NCBI GenBank assembly: GCA_965242695.1
Contig: CBDESU010000001.1
Span: 224,001-288,000, forward strand
Direction: 5' to 3'
Source of the DNA: Cenarchaeum sp.
Lineage (GTDB): Archaea > Thermoproteota > Nitrososphaeria > Nitrososphaerales > Nitrosopumilaceae
Length of the DNA: 64,000 nucleotides
Shown: positions 9,860 to 20,179 of the stretch, one piece after another
Position numbering within the stretch: the first letter of the stretch is position 1
Layout: the number at the start of each line of letters is the position of its first letter
Program-made: the position numbers and the translations under genes
The notes under the pieces: generated by a model
What the model saw: only the letters and a program-made list of their open reading frames with translations
What the model was told of the DNA's origin: nothing
The model's database searches: none

Positions 9860-12856
9860 TCATGCCGCCGCATGCCTCGGCAGAATCTCGGAGCATGCGG
9901 CATCGATCTCGCCGGACACGCCGTCCTCGCGAAGCGCCCCTGCCACCGCCCTTCTGGCCTGCGCGGTCGTGTCGCTCTTCGCGGCCTCGCCTGCGCATGC
10001 CCTTTCTGCCACCCTCTCGGCCCTGCCTGCAAGCCTGGACAGCGTGCGATGCGCCGGCCTCGACCCGTCGTACCTTGGAATCGGTATCGTCTTCCACGGG
10101 TGCGCCGCAAAGTCCATGCCGTTCCTGCGCGTCTGGAGAAAGGCGGAGCGCAGGGCCTCGGAGTTCAGCACGGCCGACAGGAACCGCGCCTCGGCGCGCG
10201 ACCTGCACCTGACATAGTAGACGGTGTCGTGCAGTATCCTGCCGTCGTCCGGGACGCGGGCTGCGTACAGGGCGCCGCCTGCCTTGTTGTACGCCACGTG
10301 CTCGCCAGCGCGGCCCAGCTGGCTGGTCAGCTTGCCGTTGTAGTCTATGTTGGCATCCAGGGTGCGCGGCGTACTCGCCCCGCTCCCGCGGTGGGCCTCG
10401 TACAGGTCTGACGCGGCGCGCCAGAAGCCGTTGGAGCCGCGCCCCGGGTCCCACCCGTCCCCCCTGAGCGGCAGTATGCAGCGGGTCGACGTCCGCACCA
10501 GGTAGGGGACAAGGTCGGCGGCCGCCACGCACTCCCTTATCCATCCGGCGGGAACGTCCCCCTCCAGGACGCCCAGATCCTTCCACGGCCTCCACCTGGC
10601 CCTCTTTGTGACGACGTGCACGGCGCCGCCCCCGCCCCCGCCAGACGCCGACCCCGCCCACACCAGGCAGTGCGGTATGATCGTCGCCCCCTTTCTGGCC
10701 GCGGGCCTCCCGTCGGCCCCGTACCACTCTGACCTTTCCAGCGGAAGCCGGCGCTCGGGCCTGCCCCATGCGGTCTTGGCCGCCGCCGTCCTCCACGTGT
10801 CGCCCTCGTGCAGGACGGCACCGGGCTTTTTTGCCAGCCGCCTGTCCCGCTGCCCCGCGGGGCCCATGAACACCACGCACGTGGCGGTCCCGAACGGCAG
10901 CGTCCCGACATCCCACGTCCCCGTGATCCTCTTGCCGGCCTTTTGCCGGAACCTTTCCCACGTGTCGGCCCCCATGGCGCTGCGGGGCAGCACCCAGCAC
11001 GACACGCCCGTTCCGACCGATCCGCCCCTCATGTACAGCTCGGGGCACCTGTCGACGAACAGCGCGGCCATGTCGAACTTTGTATTTCTCCCGCCGGCCC
11101 ATACGCCGAGCTGCTCGGCCATCTCCCTGACCTCGCGCCTGCGATCGGCCGCCTGGATCTTGTCGTACGAGACCCACGGCGGGTTCGACACTATCCTGCC
11201 TGCCGTCCCGCGCAGCCTCATCGGGCCGGCCTGGTTGAGCATGTGCCGCAGCCACGCGCCGTTGGCCTCTGCCTTTGCCATCTCCCTGAGCTGGCCGTGG
11301 GCGCGCAGCAGCCCCTCGCGGTCGTACCCGACCACGTCGGCGCCGAGCGATGCCGGCATGCCGGTGTCGTCGCAGGCCGACCTTACGAAGCGGGCCACGT
11401 TCCTGGCGTCCGAGCAGACAAACCAGCCGGGCATTATCAGCTGCGATCCCCTCGGCGAAGTGAGCGGAAGATCGCCGTTGTGCCCGAACAGGGTCGCCTC
11501 GGGCCTCGGCGTCATGAGGGAGTCGCCCTGGTAGACGGCGATGTCTGCCTCGCCCGCCCCGGGCGCGATCCTTCGCATGTTGGCGCGAGCCATCTCGACT
11601 GCGACGGGGTGTATCTCGATTCCCCTGACCATCCTGCACACGAGTCTTGCAACCGCATCCTTCTCCAGGTACGAGTCCCTGACGGGCCTTGAGCCGGCCA
11701 CCCTCTTGGCGGCGTGGTACAGGAATGTCCCGGAGCCGCAGCACGGATCCAGCACGCAGTCGACCTCTTTTCCCGCGTCAAGCCGCCTGATCTGCTCGCC
11801 GATGAACCCGTCGTCTATCACCTTGGAGCATACAAGCTCTGCAAGCCAGTCCGGCGTGTAGTACTCGCCGTACACCCTCCTGTGCTGGACGGGGATGAAG
11901 TGGCGGTACAGGGCGCGCATCACGTCGCCGGCCTGCTGCGACCAGTTGTACCCGCCTATGATGTCGCCGAGCATGCGAACCTCCGAGTCCCCGACCCACT
12001 GTACGAACCCGTATCGCGGGTCCGCGCCGCCGGGCCGCGACGAGATCATCCTGGCGATCAGGATGAGCATCGAGTGGAGGACAAACATCGTGTCCCTGTC
12101 CCCGTCGGGCGCGTTGCCCCCTCCCCTCAGCTGCTCGAGCCACAGCCCCTGCTGCGTGCGCACGTCGCGCAGCGCCCTGCGCCTCTCAAACGACCTTTCC
12201 AGCGCGGCCCTTGCATCCTCGAAGACGTGCGACATGTCGGCCGATGCCCACTCCTTGCCGACCGTCGCGCGGTCGAGCAGGACGGCGAGCCGCCCGATGT
12301 TGGCGCGGGTCAGCTCGGTCCCGTGCCACGCGCCTATGCGGGACGGCGCGTCCCCTGCATCCGACGGCATCGGCTGCCACTCCCACGCGTACCACACGCG
12401 GCCGTCCGTGGCCATGCCGATCCAGTTCTTCTCGCGCACGCCGTCCTCCTCGAGGTACAGCCGCTCCCTTGCGCGCTCGGCCGCGACGTACCGGGAGACC
12501 TGCTCGAACGCAGACTCGGTCCCGGCCGACCCGGTGCCCTCGGCGTAGGGGCCGCCCGACAGGCGCCCGCCCTGCTTTATCTCCAGGATGACGCGCCTGT
12601 TGGTGAGGTACAGGTCGATCGGCCCGGCGTCCGTCTGGTGCTCGGCACGGATGGCCGCGGCAGGCACGCCGACGGCGGCGAGCCATTCGCTGATGTACGC
12701 CCTGCGGTCGGCCTCCTTTTTGGACGGCGGGGCGAGCAGCGTATTTTCGGCGTCGGCGAGGCGCCCGCCCTTTCCCCTTTGCGCCCGCCTCTTGGACGCG
12801 GCGCGCACCGCATTCCGGGTGCCGCCCGCCCTTGGCGCGCGCGGGGGCCGTGCCAT
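9860..12856 (-). CDS. Type IIG-like restriction-modification protein, paralog 3
   Basis: PIDLYL...LEIK, VLDPCCGSGTFL, IVSNPPW; N-terminal ~280 aa nearly identical to paralog 2. Confidence 0.88.
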   Translation of the reverse strand: MARPPRAPRAGGTRNAVRAASKRRAQRGKGGRLADAENTLLAPPSKKEADRRAYISEWLAAVGVPAAAIRAEHQTDAGPIDLYLTNRRVILEIKQGGRLSGGPYAEGTGSAGTESAFEQVSRYVAAERARERLYLEEDGVREKNWIGMATDGRVWYAWEWQPMPSDAGDAPSRIGAWHGTELTRANIGRLAVLLDRATVGKEWASADMSHVFEDARAALERSFERRRALRDVRTQQGLWLEQLRGGGNAPDGDRDTMFVLHSMLILIARMISSRPGGADPRYGFVQWVGDSEVRMLGDIIGGYNWSQQAGDVMRALYRHFIPVQHRRVYGEYYTPDWLAELVCSKVIDDGFIGEQIRRLDAGKEVDCVLDPCCGSGTFLYHAAKRVAGSRPVRDSYLEKDAVARLVCRMVRGIEIHPVAVEMARANMRRIAPGAGEADIAVYQGDSLMTPRPEATLFGHNGDLPLTSPRGSQLIMPGWFVCSDARNVARFVRSACDDTGMPASLGADVVGYDREGLLRAHGQLREMAKAEANGAWLRHMLNQAGPMRLRGTAGRIVSNPPWVSYDKIQAADRRREVREMAEQLGVWAGGRNTKFDMAALFVDRCPELYMRGGSVGTGVSCWVLPRSAMGADTWERFRQKAGKRITGTWDVGTLPFGTATCVVFMGPAGQRDRRLAKKPGAVLHEGDTWRTAAAKTAWGRPERRLPLERSEWYGADGRPAARKGATIIPHCLVWAGSASGGGGGGAVHVVTKRARWRPWKDLGVLEGDVPAGWIRECVAAADLVPYLVRTSTRCILPLRGDGWDPGRGSNGFWRAASDLYEAHRGSGASTPRTLDANIDYNGKLTSQLGRAGEHVAYNKAGGALYAARVPDDGRILHDTVYYVRCRSRAEARFLSAVLNSEALRSAFLQTRRNGMDFAAHPWKTIPIPRYDGSRPAHRTLSRLAGRAERVAERACAGEAAKSDTTAQARRAVAGALREDGVSGEIDAACSEILPRHAAA

Positions 12857-12877
12857 GCGCCGCCCGCGCCCCCGTTT

Positions 12878-12884
12878 TATTTAA
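12878..12884 (-). promoter_or_regulatory. TATA box of paralog 3
   Basis: TTAAATA on minus strand about 22 nt before ATG 12856. Confidence 0.6.
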
Positions 12885-12964
12885 TGCAAAAATGCGCGCC
12901 GCATGGGATGTCTGCGGACGGAGGTTACGGATGCCGTCCAGGCGCCGCCCGATCCGCCCACGGC

Positions 12965-13444
12965 TCAGCCGCCCTCTTCCGAGTACCACTGCGAAAACTC
13001 GCCGTACTGCCCGATGCGCCGCAGCGCCGCCTCGACCCTTGCCGGCTCGTCGGCGTCGGGCTGCGGGGACGCCCTTGCGACCAGCCCGCGGTAGTATGCA
13101 TCTGCCGCCGGATCGGCCGCCTTTGCAAGGTCGGCCCTGTACGACTCGAGGGCCCTCTTGATTAGCGGCACGTCGGGCTCTAGGCGGCTCGCGCCCCCGT
13201 CCTCGGCAAGCAGGGCCGGCAGGCGCTTGACAAGGTCGACGACGAGGGGGCCGGTCCTTGACGCCTCGTGCGATATGATCTGCGCGAACGCGCCTCCTGC
13301 CCCGCCGTCCCCCGACAGCTCCGGCGAGGCGCCGATCGACGCGAGCCTCCTTGCATAGTGGCGCAGGGCCCTGAGCACGACGGCGTACCCGCCCTCGTCC
13401 TTTACGTAGATCGAGCCGAGCCAGACCGCCTCGCCGCCGGACAC
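12965..13444 (-). CDS. Hypothetical protein
   Basis: Protein-like composition, GC3-biased codons, AT-rich box upstream. Confidence 0.7.
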   Translation of the reverse strand: MSGGEAVWLGSIYVKDEGGYAVVLRALRHYARRLASIGASPELSGDGGAGGAFAQIISHEASRTGPLVVDLVKRLPALLAEDGGASRLEPDVPLIKRALESYRADLAKAADPAADAYYRGLVARASPQPDADEPARVEAALRRIGQYGEFSQWYSEEGG

Positions 13445-13547
13445 GGCCCGCCGCCCGCACGGCGGCGTTTATTGGTTGCGCGCCGCGCGGGGCGATCGCC
13501 CCGGCGCCCCGCGCGCCCGTTCGAGAAAAAAGAAAAGGGCCTGTGCC

Positions 13548-13646
13548 CTAGCGCCGCGCCCTCTTTGCCGGCCTCTGCTCCTTCTGCCGCTCCGCCTTTA
13601 CCCTGGCCTCTTCGAGCTCTTGGTTCGTGTGCTTGAACTTTTTCAT
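13548..13646 (-). CDS. Small basic protein, 32 aa (MKKFKHTNQELEEARVKAERQKEQRPAKRARR)
   Basis: TTATTATA about 25 nt before ATG; T-rich tract just after stop. Confidence 0.65.
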   Translation of the reverse strand: MKKFKHTNQELEEARVKAERQKEQRPAKRARR

Positions 13647-13971
13647 CTGCCGAGCCGCCTCCGCCCAACTATAATAACAGTGCGGAAAAAGCGATCGGAT
13701 CGCGATCATATTCCACGATCGTGTAGCGTGCCGTCCCGGCATGGCGCCGCGCCCCTGTGCCGGCCCCTCCCCCGCAGGCGCCGCCGCGGCAGCTGCTGCC
13801 GCCAGCCGGCCCCTCCCCCGCAGGCGCGCCACAGTGCCGGGCAAGGCCTGTCCAGGCTCCCGCCCTTCCCCCCGCCCCGGCATGCCGCCAGCGGGTGCCG
13901 ATCGCCCCCGCCCGGGATTCCCGCGGCACCGCCTCCGCGGCCCTTTAATTGGGGCGCACCCGGGGGCGGAC

Positions 13972-14859
13972 ATGCGCCTCGGGCAGCGGCAGGGCGGCGG
14001 CGGCAGCAGCGGCAACGCCTCCCTCGACGCCTCGTTCGACGCCGCCGCGGCGGCCTACGGCGGCGCGATGTCGTCCCTTGTCAGGCCCGAGCCGACAAAG
14101 GTCATGCTCGGGGACAGCACGATAACCGACGAGCAGACGTTCGATCCGGGCCGGGTCGAGTCGTACTATGCCCGCGCGACCGAGGCGCTCGCATCGCGCG
14201 GCTGGGATGCCAGGGCGCCGTCGACGACGAGGGACGGCGACATCCGGCGCATATTCGCAAAGTGCTCGGCGCCGGCCGGCGCCGCCCATGAGGTGTCCGT
14301 GCACATGTCCGTGCAGTTCAGGGCCCTGCTCTACTACCGCCCCGTCTACCGCGTCGTCGAGTGCCAAAAGGAGCTGTCCGAGACGGCCACGCTCCTTGCC
14401 GAGCGCGAAAAGAGGGCCGCCTCGGCCGGCGAGATGCGCGCCGAGGCCCTGCTCAGGGATGCGGGCCACGGCCCCGATGCGGGCCCCCAGGAGCTGTTCG
14501 AGGCGCTCTACAACGACGAGGGCCTGCTCGAGTCCGTCAGGGCCGAGGTCGACTCGGCCGCAGGCGGGGCCGGGGCCGAGGCGCAGCGCCTTGCGGCAAG
14601 AAAGTCCAAGCTGCTCGCCGAGCTCGACTCGCTGCTGATCGAGACGTACAGGACGACCGACGTTATGATCGACGATGCGAGGCTGGTGACGGGCGAGGAG
14701 GGGATACTCTTGACGGCCGACGTCGGGCCGCGGGGGGGAGGCGGCGGCGGGGCGGTCGTCCCGGACGGGGCCGCCGAGGCGGCGGGCGCCAGGATTGCCG
14801 AGCTTGCCGCGGCCCTGTCGGGTTGCGCGCCGCGGGGCCCGCCGCCCCCGCCGCCCTAG
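13972..14859 (+). CDS. Hypothetical protein
   Basis: TTTAAT box at ~13944, ATG 13972, protein-like translation. Confidence 0.7.
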   Translation: MRLGQRQGGGGSSGNASLDASFDAAAAAYGGAMSSLVRPEPTKVMLGDSTITDEQTFDPGRVESYYARATEALASRGWDARAPSTTRDGDIRRIFAKCSAPAGAAHEVSVHMSVQFRALLYYRPVYRVVECQKELSETATLLAEREKRAASAGEMRAEALLRDAGHGPDAGPQELFEALYNDEGLLESVRAEVDSAAGGAGAEAQRLAARKSKLLAELDSLLIETYRTTDVMIDDARLVTGEEGILLTADVGPRGGGGGGAVVPDGAAEAAGARIAELAAALSGCAPRGPPPPPP

Positions 14860-16133
14860 CCGCGGGGCCCGCCGCCCGCATTCGGCCTCTTTTCTATGCG
14901 GATGCGCACGGGGCGCCTGTCGTCCCCGACCTTTTCCACCACGATTCGCACGCCGCCGGCCTCGACCTTGTCGCCCTCTTGCGGTATGTCGCGCAGCCGC
15001 TCGTGGAGCAGGCCGTTGAGCGAGGCGTAGTCGTCGCCCTCGGGCAGCGACGCGCCGAGGACCTCGTTGACGCGGCTTATGTCGATGTCGCCGGTCGCGA
15101 CGATCGCTCCGGGCCCGTCTAGCTCGTACTCGGCGGGGCGCGCCTTGTCGGTCTCGTCCTCGATCTCGCCGACGATCTCCTCGAGCAGGTCCTCGAGCGT
15201 CACGAGCCCCTCTATCCCCCCGTGCTCGTCGACTACCATCGCGATGTGGACCTTGCGCCCCTTCATCTCGCGCAGCAGCGACGAGACCATCTTTTCCTGC
15301 GAGGCGAATATCGGCTGCCTGCATATGTCCCTGAGCGCGACCATCTTGTTGTCGGCCTCCAGCTCGCGCAGGACGTCGCGCGCGTGGACGAACCCCGCTA
15401 TGTCGTCGCGGTGCTCGCCGTACAGGGGCACGCGCGAGTGGCCGCTCTGGTTTATCAGCGGCAGGGCCTCGAAGAGCATCATCTTGGCGTGCAGGGTGAA
15501 CATGCGCGTGCGCGGCGTCATGACCGTCCTCACCTGCGTGTCGTCAAAGCTCAGGGCGCTGCGGACCATCTCGTGCTCCTCGCGCTCGATCGCCTTGTCG
15601 GCCAGGCCCTGCTCGACGACCCCGTGTATCTCCTCCTCGGTGAGCGGCGGGGCGTGGTAGCCGCTGCCCGTGAGCCTGACCATCCCGCGCGTGATGATCT
15701 CGAAGAGCTTTACGACGGGCCAGAACGCGTAGCTGAACGCGAGCAGGACGGGCGCGAAGCGCAGCGATATCTTTGTCGCGTTGGCGTTGCAGTACGTCTT
15801 TGGCGTGATCTCGCCGAACACGAGTATGACGAACGTCATTACGCCGACGGCGATCCCGAGGCCGTCGCTCCCGAACAGCCGTATGGCCACGCTCGTCGCT
15901 AGCGCCGAGGAGCCGACGTTGACCATGTTGTTGCCGAGGTTGACGCTCGACATCATCCAGCCGGGGTTGGACTTTAGGCGGTGCAGGGCCCTCGATCCCT
16001 TGACGCCGTCCCTGAGGAGCCTCGACACCTTCGACATGCTGGTGCCGACGAGGGCGACCTCTAGGCCGCTGAAGAATCCCGACAGCCCGATCAGCGCGGC
16101 AAGGGCGGTGATTTCCACCCAGAGTTCGACCAA
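14856..16133 (-). CDS. Hemolysin/CNNM (DUF21 + CBS + CorC) family protein
   Basis: SGFFSGLEVAL, FGEITPK, VMTPR, VVDEHGGIEGLVTLEDLLEEIVGEIEDE. Confidence 0.93.
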   Translation of the reverse strand: MVELWVEITALAALIGLSGFFSGLEVALVGTSMSKVSRLLRDGVKGSRALHRLKSNPGWMMSSVNLGNNMVNVGSSALATSVAIRLFGSDGLGIAVGVMTFVILVFGEITPKTYCNANATKISLRFAPVLLAFSYAFWPVVKLFEIITRGMVRLTGSGYHAPPLTEEEIHGVVEQGLADKAIEREEHEMVRSALSFDDTQVRTVMTPRTRMFTLHAKMMLFEALPLINQSGHSRVPLYGEHRDDIAGFVHARDVLRELEADNKMVALRDICRQPIFASQEKMVSSLLREMKGRKVHIAMVVDEHGGIEGLVTLEDLLEEIVGEIEDETDKARPAEYELDGPGAIVATGDIDISRVNEVLGASLPEGDDYASLNGLLHERLRDIPQEGDKVEAGGVRIVVEKVGDDRRPVRIRIEKRPNAGGGPRG

Positions 16134-16500
16134 TCAGGCCTTCCCCCCGCGGCGCGCCCCCGGCGCGCCCGATCGGCCCTTACCGGACCCCCTCATGCGT
16201 ACACTACCCGCGCCATACAGGGCCGCCATGCCACGGCAGCCGTGCCATTAATAGGTATTCCACGGCCCACGAGGCTGCAATCGGGGGGCGCCGGGGGGCG
16301 CCGCGCCGCCCTTTGCCCTGCCCGCCACGGGTCGCGGGGCCCTCCCGTACGGCGCCCGCCCGCCCGGCGCCCCGGCACTGCCGTGATCGCACGGCCCGGG
16401 CTCTGTGCCGGACAGGACTGTGCCCGCCCGCCCGGCGCCCCTGCGCCTCGGGGAGGGCTTTGGCGGCTGCGGGCGCCCGACGGCCCCTCCAGACCCGCCC

Positions 16501-17535
16501 CTACGTTATCCCGACCAGGCGGGCCATCTCGCGCCTGCACGAGGCCCCGAGGGCGGACGCGGCATCCTCGGGGGTGATCCGGTGAACGTGCACGCCGTAC
16601 CCCCGCTCAAGGCCCGTCTGCGGCCCGGTCACGGGGTATACCTCGATGTGCCAGTGCAGCTGGCGGCTCGGCCTCTTCTCGGGCGAGAGGTGGAACGCCA
16701 TCGTGTACGCGGGGTCCTTGAGCGACCGGGCCATGCCGCCGAGGGAGGCCCTTATCATGAGGGCCAGGTCGTTGATCTCCTTTTGCGTCATCCTTGCAAA
16801 GCTGGTCATGTGCTTCTTGGGGCATATCCAGAACTCGTACGGGTGCGACGGCGCCCACGGGCAGAACGCCGAGAACAGCGACGTCTTGAGGATGTCGCGC
16901 GCGCCGGCCTTGTCCGGATCCATCATGTCGCAGACGGGGCACACGCCCCTCTCGCTGGATATGAGGCGGTGGGACCGCACCTCGGCGGCGATGACCGGGG
17001 GCAGCGTCGGGAACGAGACGATCTCTGCGTGCGGGTACGGGTCGGTCGAGCCGGCCTCGGCCTTGTGGTCTGCGTACACCGCGACGTACGAGACGCCCTT
17101 TTGGTCGTACATCCACCTCACGCAGTCCTGCACGGAGATCAGTATGTTCGTCCACTGCTCGATGCCGACCGTCGACATCGTCTCGCCGGGAGTGGGCACC
17201 GCGGCGACCGTGAGGTGGTGGCCGTACGCCGGCTCGCTGTAGTTGGGGGGGTCGCCGTACGTGTTCTCGGCATCGACGGACACGACCGGCGACGAGCTCT
17301 CGAAGGCGCGCACGGCCCAGTCGGTGACGAAGATTCCGTCGGCGTCCTGGCGGCGCTGCAGCACGCCGTCGCGCACGACGAGCGACAGCTGCGACGGGCG
17401 GGTCCTCGGCTCGTTGCCCGGCGCCATCGGCGACGTTGCGGGGTCGGCGTCGGGGGGCAGGACGGATCCTGCGGCGCAGGGTCCCGCCATTACTGCGAGC
17501 CGGTCGGAGGTGTAGTCGCGCCGCAGGTCTCCCAC
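16501..17535 (-). CDS. Galactose-1-phosphate uridylyltransferase (GalT/HIT) family protein
   Basis: GTG start GDLRRDY; CPVC; FCPWAPSHPYEFWICPKKH; LHWHIEVYP; PEDAA. Confidence 0.8.
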   Translation of the reverse strand: MGDLRRDYTSDRLAVMAGPCAAGSVLPPDADPATSPMAPGNEPRTRPSQLSLVVRDGVLQRRQDADGIFVTDWAVRAFESSSPVVSVDAENTYGDPPNYSEPAYGHHLTVAAVPTPGETMSTVGIEQWTNILISVQDCVRWMYDQKGVSYVAVYADHKAEAGSTDPYPHAEIVSFPTLPPVIAAEVRSHRLISSERGVCPVCDMMDPDKAGARDILKTSLFSAFCPWAPSHPYEFWICPKKHMTSFARMTQKEINDLALMIRASLGGMARSLKDPAYTMAFHLSPEKRPSRQLHWHIEVYPVTGPQTGLERGYGVHVHRITPEDAASALGASCRREMARLVGIT

Positions 17536-17620
17536 GCGCGGGGCGCGGCGCGGCGTGCTTATAACCTTCGTGCAGGCGCCGCCGGGATCCTGATCGGGCC
17601 GCGGCGCCGGGCGCGCGAGC

Positions 17621-20179
17621 CTAGGAGCCGCGCCGCCGGCCGGCCCTGCGGCGCGCGAGGCGATCGAGATCTGCCATGACGGCATCGGCCTGCCCGCCGT
17701 CGAGGCCGAGGGCGGACAGGACGGCGGCGTCTAGCCTGCCCAGGTCGGCGTCGGCGCAGTACGACTTCCACGCATTCTCGAGGGCGGACACGGCGCGCGC
17801 CGGCAGCGCGTCCATGTCCGGGACCGGCGCCGCGGCAAAGTTGTGCACTTCTATGCTCAGGGCGCCGCCGCCCATCGGGTTGGCGTTGCGCTCCATGTGG
17901 AGGGCAAACCAGGCCGACGCAAGGTACGCCGACATGGCCCTGGCATGGCCGGCGCTGCGGGGCGTGTACGACACGTGCGTGTTCGTCGCGCGGTAGGTGC
18001 CGGCGTTCTCGTACACCTTGATCCTGCCGCCGGCGATCCTGCTCAGGAATATGGGCGGCGGCGGCGCGCCGCCAAGGCCGAGCGAGTACCACGGGCGCCG
18101 CGCCGAGAGCGTGGGCAGGTCGGGCAGCCTCGCGAGCGCCCGCTCGCCGCCGGACATGCTCTCGGCCCGCATATCCTCGCCCCTCCGTATGTACTCCAGC
18201 ACGGCCCTGCCGTCGGCCGTGCGCTCGAGCACGCCCTTTTCGTCGGTCACGTCCAGCAGGAACTCGGAGGCATCCCCGTCCTCGAGCAGCGGGCCGCCGC
18301 GCCCCGTCACGCACGGCCGCAGGTACCAGCGCGGAACGCCCTGGCGCTCGGCCTCTGCCGCCGTCAGCACAAAGAACGCCTTGTGGCCGGTCTTTGTGCC
18401 GAACCTGACGGTGCCCGCGTCGGCCATCGGCACCTTTGCAAAGGGCGCCTTGATGGGGGCGCCGGCAAAGAGGGCGCTCCAGTTGCCCGGCTCGAGGCTG
18501 GACTGGGACACCGCCGCGGCGCCCGCCGGCGCCGGCGGCCCCGCCCCTGCAAAGTCGGCGGGACCTGCGGCGGCGGCGAGCCTGACCTCGTGGCCGGCGG
18601 GAGGATCCCCGCGCTCGGCGACGACGACGGCCGTGTTCACGTCCGCATCGCCGAACACCTTGAAGTCGGACACCGCTATGGTATCGATCGCCGTGTTGTC
18701 GAGCAGGGCTCGCTGCAGGGCCGCGCCGTACCCCGCGCGAAGCCACCCGTCGCTCGATATGAAGCCGAGGCGGCCCCCCAGGCAGAGGCGACCGAGCGAG
18801 TGGAGGTAAAAGTAGGCGCTCAGGTCGCTGCTTCCGGGTATCTCGAACCCGTCGGGCAGCCTGAGCGGCGCGCTGCGGGGGTGGCCGCGCAGCTGCATGC
18901 CGGCCTTTGGGCCCCGTATCACCCCCTGCCTGACGAACGGGGGGTTTCCGACTATGACTGAAAAGCCCGGGTTGCTGCCGGAGAACACCTCGGCGAACAC
19001 GTCCTCCCAGTCCAGCCGGACTCCGTCCGATCCGGCGGCGGGGGATATGCTGTCGGCCGCGACGATGTGGGACGACAGGTCGGGCAGGCTCTCGCCGGCC
19101 GACGCCGTCAGCAGGAACAGCGAGAGGCGGGCGATCTCGACGGACTGCGGGTTGATGTCGATTCCGTACAGGCTCTCGGCGGCGATCCTGCGCACCCGCG
19201 CGTCGTAGATCGACGGGTTGAGCGTGCCGCGGTCGACTGCATCCGCGGCGCTCCCGTCGGAGCCGTTTGACTCCCTGCGCCGCCTCATCTCGTCGTGTAT
19301 CTCCATTAGCGTCTGCGCCGCCTCGATCAGGAATGCGCCGGATCCGCATGCGGGGTCGAGTATCCTGATGCCGTCGAGCCGCCTGTCGAGCTCACCGAGG
19401 TCGTCGGCATACTCGGCGACAAGGTCGTGCGGGCCGCATGCGCGCCCGGATCGCGACAGGTGCGGTATGATCGTCCGGCGGCAGATGTACCTCGCGACGC
19501 ACCACGGCGTGTAGTATACGCCTTCCCTCTTCCTCCTCGAGTCACCGCTGCCGAGCATCCCTTCCAGGTCAGATATCGAGTTTTCGAATATGTGGCCCAG
19601 GATGGTGACCCCGATCTGGCCCTGAAAGTCGTACGAGGCTAGCGCGAGCAGGTTCTTGATCACGGGGTTGACGTCGGCGTGGGAGCCGACCGCATCCCTG
19701 ACCTTTTCCTTGAACTCCCAGGACCTGCGCTCGCCCTTTTGCCGAAACTCGTCAAAGAAGCCGCCGCGCCTCCTGTCCGGAAAGGACGCCGCGCCGCCCA
19801 TCCGCTCGTCGAACAGGCCTCCTTTGAACGCGAACACGTGGGGATCCTCGCAGCCTGTCCTGTAGAACTCGAACAGCTCGTGGACTATGTAGCCCCACAC
19901 CCTGCTGGTGTTGCGCGTAATGGCGCCCCCGAGCACGTCGATGACGCCATCGACGAACATGTCTTTTTTCCCGGACAGCCCTCCGTCCTCGGCGAAGAAT
20001 ATGAATATCAGGCGGTTGAGGAACCCCTGCGCCCTGGCGACGGCCTCGCGCCTTCCGTCGCCCGATGCCTCGAACTCCTTGACGAGCATGAGCCGCGTCT
20101 GCCCGTACAGCCCGTAGAACTCCTCGGTGAGCCTCCTCTCTCCGCCGTTCGACCCGGCATGCGCGCGCCGGACGGCCAT
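17621..20179 (-). CDS. Eco57I-like N6-adenine DNA methyltransferase lacking an evident nuclease domain
   Basis: GVYYTP, RILDPACGSGAFL, YGIDIN, IVGNPPFVRQ, LGFISSDGW; start uncertain (20179 or 20227). Confidence 0.85.
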   Translation of the reverse strand: MAVRRAHAGSNGGERRLTEEFYGLYGQTRLMLVKEFEASGDGRREAVARAQGFLNRLIFIFFAEDGGLSGKKDMFVDGVIDVLGGAITRNTSRVWGYIVHELFEFYRTGCEDPHVFAFKGGLFDERMGGAASFPDRRRGGFFDEFRQKGERRSWEFKEKVRDAVGSHADVNPVIKNLLALASYDFQGQIGVTILGHIFENSISDLEGMLGSGDSRRKREGVYYTPWCVARYICRRTIIPHLSRSGRACGPHDLVAEYADDLGELDRRLDGIRILDPACGSGAFLIEAAQTLMEIHDEMRRRRESNGSDGSAADAVDRGTLNPSIYDARVRRIAAESLYGIDINPQSVEIARLSLFLLTASAGESLPDLSSHIVAADSISPAAGSDGVRLDWEDVFAEVFSGSNPGFSVIVGNPPFVRQGVIRGPKAGMQLRGHPRSAPLRLPDGFEIPGSSDLSAYFYLHSLGRLCLGGRLGFISSDGWLRAGYGAALQRALLDNTAIDTIAVSDFKVFGDADVNTAVVVAERGDPPAGHEVRLAAAAGPADFAGAGPPAPAGAAAVSQSSLEPGNWSALFAGAPIKAPFAKVPMADAGTVRFGTKTGHKAFFVLTAAEAERQGVPRWYLRPCVTGRGGPLLEDGDASEFLLDVTDEKGVLERTADGRAVLEYIRRGEDMRAESMSGGERALARLPDLPTLSARRPWYSLGLGGAPPPPIFLSRIAGGRIKVYENAGTYRATNTHVSYTPRSAGHARAMSAYLASAWFALHMERNANPMGGGALSIEVHNFAAAPVPDMDALPARAVSALENAWKSYCADADLGRLDAAVLSALGLDGGQADAVMADLDRLARRRAGRRRGS

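Noticed and set aside
9402-11744. Long alternative-frame and antisense ORFs (e.g. 9402-11744, 3270-4853, 30665-32926, 61324-63219)
   Set aside because: Arg/Pro/Ala-rich shadow ORFs expected from very high GC; they overlap well-supported genes or lack motifs
17020-17045. Inactive GalT because HPHxQ reads YPHAE
   Set aside because: The nucleophile-position His is retained; loss of activity cannot be concluded from sequence
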